Below the pieces are notes generated by a model. It had not been told where the DNA came from. It searched no databases and saw only the letters and a list, made by a program, of their open reading frames with translations. A stretch of DNA of 63,632 nucleotides, the filler included, from Stramenopiles sp. TOSAG23-3 (taxonomy: Eukaryota), in assembly GCA_900128585.1 (NCBI GenBank). It is 14 parts of 14 records of this genome, joined end to end, with 100 filler letters (N's around TTAATTAATTAA, not from the genome) between each part and the next. Parts side by side here need not be neighbours in the genome. Positions count along the whole stretch, not along the records: positions 1 to 5,865 come from LT643422.1; positions 5,966 to 11,811 come from LT643423.1; 12 more parts are not named here. The stretch is one strand, 5' to 3'. Positions within the stretch are counted from its first letter, which is position 1; the number at the start of each line of letters is the position of its first letter. Of this stretch, positions 1-9,065 are shown piece after piece. The position numbers and the translations under genes were made by a program.

Positions 1-1677
1 CTCTCCGGGTACAAAGAGCACGGGAAACCATATCGCTTACTAGGGTCGCAGTACAAGGGAACGGCCGACGAAAGACTGGTATTCATCAGAGACTTGTTCA
101 ACCATGAAGATAAGGGAAACAAAGGCTACTTGGAACCGGAAGAGTTTGGGCAACTTTCTTTGCAGCTCGGGGTACGGCTTGGCCCGCAGGAATTGGAAAA
201 GGCAGTCGCCGACATCGACGAGGACGGAAACGGGCAAATTGAAGTCGACGAGTACCTGGATTGGTGGGGAGACGATGAGTTGATCCATTTGTATGAAATG
301 CAATGCGATGCCCTGGAAGCTGGAAAGCCGTATAAAATGATGGGCGACACCTTGCGAGACGGCGATGTGGCGCAGCGCTTTGCTGTAATCAACCATTTAT
401 TCGAATTGAACGACGAGGGAAACAAGGAATATCTAGAACCCAGGGAATTCGGCATCGTTTCGAAAACGCTTGGGGTCAATTTATCGCCTTACGAGCTAAT
501 GAAAGCGATAGAAGAAATCGACGAAGATGGCAATGGTCAGATCGAGGTTGACGAATATCTAGATTGGTGGGCTGACCCTGAATTAGTTGAGTATTTCGAA
601 GAGTACGAAGAATCTGGCAAGCTTCCACAAAATGCCATAGACTTTGCTCGAAAGTGGTTTGACGACCGGGAGCAAGAGAAGCTAGACCAGGCAGAGAGAA
701 AAAAAGAGGAAGAATTAATGGCGAAAGGCATCGTTAAGAAAACGATTGCACCTGGGCAGAAGAAAGTAGAGGGCGAGAAAACAAGGCTGAACCGCGTGGA
801 TTTCATTGTCGCCTCGCATTGCCGCGTAGTTGACATGCATAATTTTTTCCGCTTTTGGGAATGGTTGAGTAAATCGGAACAGTTGGAACTTATGAAGCGT
901 TTGGGGTGGTTGAATACGTTTGACCCGTGCATGCCTGAGAGAAGGCATTACCTGGATCTGACCAACAGGGAAGAAAGGGTAATAACCATGATGTTAGTTC
1001 GATTGGCGATGGTGGAGCCTGGAGAAAATTGGCTTCATGAGCACTACTTCAATCCCAACTTTCGGCCTGGGTGGGAATTGCCTATGTCTTGGACACAGGC
1101 TATACCTGCTGAGGGACACCTGGTACTGACGTACGCATCATCGTTAAAGGGTTGCGAGGCGGTGTGGCCTGAGCGCATAAAGTTAAGAAAATTTACTTGC
1201 ATCCCGAAAGCCGCCCCGCTTCCCCCAGAAGCGGGCGTTGACCATGGGCTGCATACTCTGGGCTTTCCCATTTCGTACACTGCATTTATCCGTCTCGTGT
1301 CATCCGAAGCACCATTGGAAGAAACCTTTGGGAAGGCCATACATCAAGCAGAAGATGTTTTTGCCGCCCTAAAAGAGAAAGAAAATTTTTCCCCTGATTC
1401 AGATGCGGAAAGCGAGTACACCGATTCCGACGAGTACGAGGAAGCAGCTGAACGATGGTGCCCTACAAAGAAATGCGAGAAGAGCTTTTTTGATCTCATC
1501 AAACATCACGAACGTGAAATGGCAAAGGCGCAGAGAGAGAAACTAGACCTAGAGCAAGTACTGCAGGTGGAGTGGAAACGGTTTTTGAAGGCATTTGAAA
1601 AGTTGGTGGAGCAGCATCCAAATGTAGCCGTCATAGGAAAACGATTTGATGCGCTATTCGAACATTTGGATTGGTAA
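1..1677 (+). CDS. EF-hand calcium-binding protein, 5'-partial, with two repeated EF-hand modules and an uncharacterised C-terminal domain
   Basis: Frame is open from base 1. Two near-identical modules each contain a canonical EF loop DEDGNGQIEVDE and a degenerate loop (D.GNK.YLEP.EF). Bases 1-24 are copied from 5114-5137 (see findings). Confidence 0.85.
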   Translation, partial: LSGYKEHGKPYRLLGSQYKGTADERLVFIRDLFNHEDKGNKGYLEPEEFGQLSLQLGVRLGPQELEKAVADIDEDGNGQIEVDEYLDWWGDDELIHLYEMQCDALEAGKPYKMMGDTLRDGDVAQRFAVINHLFELNDEGNKEYLEPREFGIVSKTLGVNLSPYELMKAIEEIDEDGNGQIEVDEYLDWWADPELVEYFEEYEESGKLPQNAIDFARKWFDDREQEKLDQAERKKEEELMAKGIVKKTIAPGQKKVEGEKTRLNRVDFIVASHCRVVDMHNFFRFWEWLSKSEQLELMKRLGWLNTFDPCMPERRHYLDLTNREERVITMMLVRLAMVEPGENWLHEHYFNPNFRPGWELPMSWTQAIPAEGHLVLTYASSLKGCEAVWPERIKLRKFTCIPKAAPLPPEAGVDHGLHTLGFPISYTAFIRLVSSEAPLEETFGKAIHQAEDVFAALKEKENFSPDSDAESEYTDSDEYEEAAERWCPTKKCEKSFFDLIKHHEREMAKAQREKLDLEQVLQVEWKRFLKAFEKLVEQHPNVAVIGKRFDALFEHLDW

Positions 1678-1776
1678 CTTTCTTTTTTACCAGGGGAGGG
1701 CAATAATAATCTAAGACACGTGAGAGATTTTAAAGATATCTCTAGTTGTAATTTTTTCCGAGAATTGTTTTTTTAT

Positions 1777-1798
1777 TAAAACAAGAAAATTGGCTGTT
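1777..1798 (+). promoter_or_regulatory. Recurrent 3'-flanking element, copy 1 (TAAAACAAGAAAATTGGCTGTT)
   Basis: About 100 nt after the stop at 1677. Identical (22/22) to the reverse complement of 59769-59790. Function unknown. Confidence 0.6.
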
Positions 1799-1807
1799 GT
1801 TACGAAT

Positions 1808-1943
1808 AGAAGAAGAAGAAGAAGAAGAAGAAAGAAGAAAGAAGAACAAGGGAGAAGAAGAACAAGGGAGAAGAAGAACAAGAAGAACAAGAAGAACAAG
1901 AAAGAACAAGAAGAAGAACAAGAAAGAAGAAGAAGATCGAAGA
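1808..1943. repeat. (GAA)n / purine-rich low-complexity tract
   Basis: Direct inspection. Confidence 0.95.
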
Positions 1944-1944
1944 A

Positions 1945-2145
1945 GTGGTGGCCTTCCCGAAACACGATATGGAGGATGACGACGAGGACGATTCGTTCCT
2001 TATTGACGCAAACACGTCCGGGGGGGGATTTTCTCAAGCTTACAAGGACGCACTGGGCCGTGGCCTGGAACAAGAGAAGCAGAAACTCCACCAAACTTAC
2101 GATGAAGTGGTTGTATTAGAAGCTGAGATTAAATTTTTGCGGTAG
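1945..2145 (+). CDS. Short ORF or orphan 3' gene fragment (acidic stretch plus short coiled coil)
   Basis: Coding-like composition after the GAA tract. First ATG at 1969. Followed by AT-rich DNA and a copy of the 3' element. Confidence 0.4.
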   Translation: MVAFPKHDMEDDDEDDSFLIDANTSGGGFSQAYKDALGRGLEQEKQKLHQTYDEVVVLEAEIKFLR

Positions 2146-2217
2146 TATTAATGAGTCTTAAAACATACTATATATTTTGTTTTTTTAATGAAGAGAACCA
2201 CAAAGTGTATTTATAAT

Positions 2218-2239
2218 TAAAAACAAAAAATTGGCTGTT
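2218..2239 (+). promoter_or_regulatory. Recurrent 3'-flanking element, copy 2 (TAAAAACAAAAAATTGGCTGTT)
   Basis: About 70 nt after the stop at 2145, between convergent ORFs. Preceded by AAGTGTATTTATAA, similar to the sequence preceding copy 3. Confidence 0.55.
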
Positions 2240-2312
2240 TTTCAAGTATCATAAATTAAAAAATTCAAATTCACTTTAGTTTTTAAAAAGAGATTGGTAA
2301 GAACCTTTTTGT

Positions 2313-2900
2313 TCAATGAAACATGAGTGCACCAGCGATTGCCATCGCAATTATATTGCACGCAAAACTGATCGTCTTTTCAGTGGACGCTTTTCCACAG
2401 TCTAATTCATCGTAAAAGTCTACTTCGGTGGATTGCCCAGTACCGCACCCATCGCAAAAGTGATCCCTGTGAGCCTTTATTCCTTCAGTGGAGAGTTCTC
2501 TGCATTCGTACATGTACTTACATAGCCAAAACATGGGTGTGTCCTCGCACGTTTTCAGGTCCTCGCAGGTACACTCGGACAACGTCCTTCCTGTTTCTTG
2601 CATGGAGTCCCATTCTAAACATTGAGTATTGCATGCTACCGTCCATCGCTTGTATAGTGTAGGTGGACCAAACATTTGTCTAGTCAAATCATCTAATTGT
2701 TTACGGCATGTGCTCTCCAGCTTATCTAGTTTTTCTTGGTTTGTGTCTCCATCCTCAGTTGCCCGCAGTTGTAGCCATTCGTTGTACTTGTTTGCTTTGC
2801 AGTCTGTTTCAATAAGGGACGAAGGCGCAGGGGCAAGCTGAGATTGCACTCCCATAACGAAGACGCCCACAAAGAGAACAAGACATCCCGTCGCGTACAT
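2313..2900 (-). CDS. Cys-rich secreted protein with a possible GPI-anchor or C-terminal TM signal
   Basis: Signal-peptide-like N-terminus (MYATGCLVLFVGVFVMGVQS), many Cys, hydrophobic C-terminus. Confidence 0.75.
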   Translation of the reverse strand: MYATGCLVLFVGVFVMGVQSQLAPAPSSLIETDCKANKYNEWLQLRATEDGDTNQEKLDKLESTCRKQLDDLTRQMFGPPTLYKRWTVACNTQCLEWDSMQETGRTLSECTCEDLKTCEDTPMFWLCKYMYECRELSTEGIKAHRDHFCDGCGTGQSTEVDFYDELDCGKASTEKTISFACNIIAMAIAGALMFH

Positions 2901-4132
2901 ATTTTTTTCCACTCTATTTTAATAAACCGATTCGCCGGTCACAGTTTATGCCGTATAACTTTAACCCAAATTGTCGTTGCGTTTTAATGTTTGTACGGCG
3001 TACCGGGAAATCAAATTCGTTTTCAAAACTGAAATTAATTCCACTAAATAGAAAGAGAATGTCCATTTTCTTTGCGTTTGTATCGTGATAGATATATAAA
3101 TGTTCCTTTTGTTGTATAAAATCTACGTCTTCTTTCTATTTGTAGTATATTTCAATGTTTTGTAGTATTTAATATTACACTTACTTGTATATATAATAAT
3201 ATAGCTAACAAATATTTCATATAATAAATATAATAATAAAACAAAAAGAAAAAAAAAAGAATAAATATTCCTCCTTGTAATTTGATGTTAAGAAATTGAA
3301 AAATGATGTTTTTTGGTTACTGAAAATTCACATAGGAAAACAAATCAAGCAATTACTATAAACATTTCGTAATGTTTTTACACAGTTCAATGCTGTGTGG
3401 ATGTATATATTGTACATAATATTATAATATCTACTCATTTTCAGTTTGAAATCAGAGTAGGGCTGGACCAGATGAACCACAATTAAGGATATGTGTTTAG
3501 AGGATAACGGTGGGAGACACTTTGTTATGATAAAGGGATGTGTCTGTAGGGATTTAAATGAAATCACTTATTGATATTAATAATAACCAAATAGAATTAA
3601 AAACTATAATTCGCGAAGCAACAAAGTATACCTCCAGAATGGACACAGCATATATAATACCGGAGGAACCTATCCTTAAATTGTGGATTATTTTTGTCCA
3701 GCTCTAAATCTAAAATCAGAGAGAATAGATAAAATGCTTTCTTTGCTTTGCTTTGCCTTGATTGGTAGAATAAACCCTATATCTAACATTAATAGTATTA
3801 AGATAGTGTTAATATTAGGGTTTAAAAAAGAAGGAAACCGACAAAGAACAACAAGAAAGGGGGGAGGAGTTTGAACAGCGATGCTGATGCCAATGTGCTG
3901 TTTCATTTATATTCTAATTAAAAATGTTTCTTCCCTATGATCTGCTTATTAAGAAATGGATGTATTAAAACTCCAAACCGTCGTTCCTGGGATAGACGTA
4001 TTCCTCCATTCCCCATTCTTGCAAAAATCTGGCAACATTAAATAATCCGGAAGAGAAAGTTGTCCCCAGCTTCACAGAAATTCTTCAGATCGTAGATATA
4101 TATATACACGCACGTTCTGTCTTTTTTCTAGT

Positions 4133-5338
4133 ATGCGCTCGTTAGTTCTTTGCTGCGGGATGACCTTGCTGCTGGTGGCGAACGCGGCTGGACTCAGCCT
4201 TCGCTCCTCGCTGAAGAATGATGCTTGTTTTATGACCCATCTAGATAACTGTAACGATTGCATTACGGATGGATCGCACAAGTGCGGGTTCTGCTGGGAT
4301 GGACAGCGGCCTAAATGCGCATCGATTGTCGGCGATGCTGACATGCCTTACTTCCATTGCAAGCAGTGGGTGAAACCTAACTTACTTGGGCGCCCCACAG
4401 TTTGCAATCGAAAGCCCCATGCTACTGTCAACAGACTAGCTCCAGAGGAAAAGAAGGTCTCGAAAATAGAAAGCGAACCAATTCAGAAAAGCGATACGGT
4501 ACCAGTCGTGACCCCCCCGAAGAAGGTAGAGGAGCCACCCGTGCATAAGAAATTAGAACGAAACATCGAAACGTCGGAGCAAAACCAAACTGTAAAAACA
4601 AAGAAGCCGTCTGCGAAGCAGGGGGAAACGCCCGTAGCGCCTAAAGCTGCCACCAAGAAAAAAGCGGAGAAGGTAATGTCAGATCCTGTGATGCGTCAAT
4701 ACCTACGAGAGGTCTCGAATGACGTAAAGGTCGACGTCGGTGGCATGCACCAGGATAAAATCGAATACGATAGAATGATCGCGGGGCGCCAAGCCAAGCA
4801 GTATAAAGGCGAGCCGGATTGGAGGGTACCGATAGGGGAAAGGGAACGCAGGCATATAGAAGCTTACAAACCAGAGCAGATTAGAGTCCACTACGAGCAT
4901 AAAGAACAGGTTCAAGCGAGAAAGGATGAAATCATGAAGCAAAGTAAATTAGACAAAAGGGAAAAGTGGGAAATTCAAAACCGCCAAATCGGCATCTCCG
5001 AAACCGGCGCGGCTGGTTCGGCAATCAACGCTGGAAAAATTCTAGCGACCGAGAGGCCAGACCACACGCAATTTAACGCCTACCTGAAGGAGGAGGACAA
5101 ACATTATGCCCACCTCTCCGGGTACAAAGAGCACGGGGTACGAATGGAGCATGAGCATTCCCGTCATCCAAGTAGGGAAACCGAGGAGGACAACGTCGAA
5201 CAGCTGGCTGCAACACCGGATGAACTAACGCGTTTGACCGCAAACTACAACATGAACCAAGGTCTTGAATCGAGTGCTGCTTATAAACATAGTCTGCAGG
5301 ATCGAAGACAGGTGAAGCATGGTTATTGGAGAAGATGA
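4133..5338 (+). CDS. Secreted protein with an N-terminal PSI-like Cys module and a charged C-terminal region
   Basis: Signal peptide. CNDC...CGFC...C pattern typical of PSI domains. 401-aa ORF. Confidence 0.75.
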   Translation: MRSLVLCCGMTLLLVANAAGLSLRSSLKNDACFMTHLDNCNDCITDGSHKCGFCWDGQRPKCASIVGDADMPYFHCKQWVKPNLLGRPTVCNRKPHATVNRLAPEEKKVSKIESEPIQKSDTVPVVTPPKKVEEPPVHKKLERNIETSEQNQTVKTKKPSAKQGETPVAPKAATKKKAEKVMSDPVMRQYLREVSNDVKVDVGGMHQDKIEYDRMIAGRQAKQYKGEPDWRVPIGERERRHIEAYKPEQIRVHYEHKEQVQARKDEIMKQSKLDKREKWEIQNRQIGISETGAAGSAINAGKILATERPDHTQFNAYLKEEDKHYAHLSGYKEHGVRMEHEHSRHPSRETEEDNVEQLAATPDELTRLTANYNMNQGLESSAAYKHSLQDRRQVKHGYWRR

Positions 5339-5642
5339 CTTTTTTTTGTTTATATAGGAAAATAATATATTTTTATGGAAAAATTAGAAGTACAAACATT
5401 GTATTTATCGCACTATATTACATAGGAAAATATACAGAACAAATTCCAAAAAAGACCTGCCGAGAATCCAAGAATACAAAGACCATATAGCACTGTAACT
5501 ACTCCTTCTTACTTATACAGGAACACAGTATTTGAACAGACCTTTCTCCATCACACCACTATTAAATATATTAAGCACCACAGTAGAGCTAACAACAGAG
5601 TATCGGAAATTTGCAGACCTTCTAATTAGCTTTAAAATATTA

Positions 5643-5865
5643 GAAGAAGAAGAAAGAAGAAGAAGAAGAAGAAGAAGAAAAAGAAGAAGAAAAGAAGAAG
5701 AAGAAGAAGAAGAAGAAGAAGAAGAAGAAAAGAAGAAGAAGAAGAAGAAGAAGAAAGAAGAAGAAGAAGAAAGAAGAAGAAGAAGAAGAAGAAGAAAGAA
5801 GAAGAAGAAAGAAGAAGAAGAAGAAGAAGAAGAAAGAAGAAGAAGAAAGAAGAAGAAGAAAGAAG
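5643..5865. repeat. (GAA)n microsatellite at contig end
   Basis: Direct inspection. Confidence 0.97.
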
Positions 5866-5965
5866 NNNNNNNNNNNNNNNNNNNNNNNNNNNNNNNNNNN
5901 NNNNNNNNNTTAATTAATTAANNNNNNNNNNNNNNNNNNNNNNNNNNNNNNNNNNNNNNNNNNNN
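5866..5965. other. Artificial contig spacer N44-TTAATTAATTAA-N44
   Basis: Identical 100-nt unit occurs 13 times and places stops in all six frames. Confidence 0.99.
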
Positions 5966-7853
5966 CAATAGCTTTTTCACCTTTGGCTATATTCCAGGGC
6001 TCTTGGTCAACTTCTTTTTTGCTCATTGAATCACTCGAACGACCTTGCATCAATCGTTCAGACGCACGATTTTGTTTTTTCTCGTTTTCGTGGGGTTGTT
6101 TCAACTTCATTTTTTCTTTGTTTGCGATACTTTGTATGTACTGAGCTCCTAATTTCTTTATGTCTCTCCTCGACATTACATCTTCTTCGTAGTCTGCGTC
6201 AATAGTAGTCTCGTGCTCTACATGTTTCGCATGAGCGGGGCCTTCAATTTTGCTCTTGAAGTTTAAAGAGGAGCTTGTATTCTTATCATCCTCATCTACA
6301 ACGATATTTCTACTCTCTTTGTTAGACTTTTCTTTTGGGTTGGGGTGTGTAGGCGTGGGGGAACGCCCATCAATAGCAACACGTATATTACGAGGAGAGA
6401 TGTCGGGTTCTACGGCCATAATGGAATTAAAAAGCACGTCTGACACTTGCTTCGATCCAATACTAGCCTGCTTCTGTTGTCCCCCAGCCCTATTTTTCGA
6501 TAAAGTCCCCGCACCCGCTATACTTTGGTTAACAGAGCTGGTGGAGTCGTCAAGCTCTCGGGAGCTGGTGGAACGAATTTTTCCACTACCAGATTGCTGT
6601 AATCCACTTTGTCCATCTAAATTTAGCGAGCGGGATAGTTCCTCAAGCATCAGTGCCACCTGCTTTTCAATTTTTTTAATCATTGAAGGCAGTTTGCTTG
6701 GACTTGGAATGTTCAAATTTGTCCGCGAAGAGACGTTGCCATTGTTTGCTGCAGGCACTTTTGACGTTAGCGAATCGTTCAACTTTCCGATGCACTGCCT
6801 AATGTTCTGTAACGTCATGCGTGATTTGTGAGCTTTGTTTTTATGGTCATTGCAGATTTTTCGTGCCTCTTTGACTTTCGCGTCTTTATCGTCGATGTCT
6901 TTGTACAGGTTTCGCTTTCCTTGGCCAGACAGGTCTTCTAGTTGCAGACTTGACAGCTTTCTGCTCAACTGTTCGTTTTTAGAGGTGGCCTCTTCAATGG
7001 CCTGCTCCATTTCAGCTGAGGCCTTTTCTAACGCGGCATAGGTTTTGTCTCGGGTTAAAAACTTTTCCACAATCTCATTCAAATCTGCAAACCCCGTTGC
7101 CGATTTAATCTGGTCAAAGCCTTTTTGCAATGCATTTGTGTGGGCGGCGTTTTTCTCCATTTTCCTATTCAACGCGCCGCTGTACATTTTTTTCTCGGCG
7201 TAAAGCTTCTTCAGTCGTTTTTCTTCCTCCACACCCAAGTCACCGGCAACTTCTAGTGCAATCTGTCGGCGTCGCTTTTCACGGGACTCTTTTCTGTCTT
7301 GCATTCTAAGCTGCTCTGTTAAACCGCTTTTTGCTGACGTCAACTGCTTCATTCTTCGCTCTCGATTTTCTTCCAGTTTAAATTCCAAGCTTCGACGTTT
7401 CCTTTCTAACAAATTTCGCAGCTGCTTCTGCTTTATCGTCATTTTTTGAACGTTTCCGCACTCTCGTTCTGCTTCTTGAGAAATCACTTTCATCTCCTCA
7501 ATCCGCTTGTCCATTCTGATCTTGTCGTTTACCAATCGGTTCTTGACGTGATTGTACGATTGGCAGCGAAACGTCCAGGTGTCAATGTCTGTCTTCGTTT
7601 CGGCAATTTGCTCATTCAGAGTCTTAACCTTCTCCTCGAAGCCGACCTTTTGGCCTTTGTTTGCGTAAGTCAAGTTTTCCAAATGGCGACACTCTTTTTC
7701 GATCTCAGATAACATCTTTTTTTTCGCCTCGTACACGTGTCGCAACTCGTCGTACTGCATGCGCTGGTGCCCTAGAAACTCAGACAATTCCCTAAATTCT
7801 TCCCCGTCGCCCCCATCACCAGATCCTTTTGCGCCGTTGTCAGGTGAAGCCAT
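5966..7853 (-). CDS. Outer dynein arm docking-complex-like coiled-coil protein (CCDC151/CCDC114/ODA-DC family), 3'-partial
   Basis: Long coiled coil containing GFDQIKSATGFADLNEIVEKFL, which resembles the family motif F.kIk.aTG..d..e.v.kF. Runs off the contig. Confidence 0.7.
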
Positions 7854-9065
7854 GTTTCTATACCAATTCTTCACTGCAGAACAAGTAAAGATACGTACCC
7901 AGAAGCTTCGATCCTTTTCAAATGTTCGCCCTAAACATAAACGGTTTTCCCTCAGAGAATCTTGTCAAGGAATCAAAAGCTTGTTACATTTCATATTAAA
8001 ATTCCAATCTCCCGGAGCTCTCGCACGGTGATGAAAAAAATAATTTTTTATAATTATAAATAATAATAATTGCTGTTGTTGAATACACGTTTTTAAGAAG
8101 TATTATGGTGTGTAAATATAGTACAGTACAGTAGTAAAATATGAAGTAAAATTTGTAAAGAATTTAATAATAATATAATAAATTTATACTAGATTTATCT
8201 GGATGCTCTGTTCATATTTTTGAGTGTAACGTTTGGATCAGTTTAAGTCAGTTTAACGTTCTTCCATATATAATAATTAAATATAAGAAAAAAATAATTA
8301 TAAAATATTTATATTTTTAACATAGAGAGAGAAAGGGGATTGAATATATTCACCTCCACGGTGCTTGCTTGCTTCTTCAGCTCTAACCTAAAATTAAAAA
8401 TGTGACGACCATTAAAATTACTGCTGTACCATATTTATAATTAATTAAGGTATATTATTTAGATATACCATTATTTTATCCCTTCTTCTTAATACAATAT
8501 ATATATATATAATAGTTGAAAATAATATTCGCGAAACTAAAAATATGTGATAATTATCATATTCCTTATGTTTAGAAGCAACATTTCTACAGAAGAATCA
8601 ATCATCCTCCTTCTTTTTTCTTCTTCTTTTTCATTTCACATCTCATCATATCACAATCAATCCCCATCATCGATCGATCGATCGATCGAGATGATCGATC
8701 AGCAAAAAAAAAAAAAAAAAAAAAGATTTTTTTTTTTTTATAGATTTTTTTTTTTTGTCTGCTGTAGTACTGAATATTAATATTATAGTCGTCTAATAAA
8801 TCTTTCATCATCATCGATCGTGTCATTCGTCATAGATAATAAATAATAAATCTCAATGAGATGTTTAATCAAAAAAAATAAATATAAGCTATAGACTTTG
8901 TTGCACGGAAAACTCTTGTACGAGGGGCATATACAACAGCTCGTTTGTACCTTTTTCATAAATTTGGTAGTCAAACGTTGTACCCTTGTCGTATTCGTTG
9001 CTCGTATTGATCGATAGCTCTCCCTGTGGTAATTTCGGTGCACTGTAAACTCGTCCCTTTCTTTT

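Noticed and set aside
1674-1693. 20-nt GT..AG micro-intron overlapping the EF-hand gene stop
   Set aside because: It would add only three residues, has no branch site, and no other tiny introns are evident.
5532-5921. K/R/E-rich ORFs here and at 1790-2119 and 60019-60249
   Set aside because: Translations of (GAA)n tracts.
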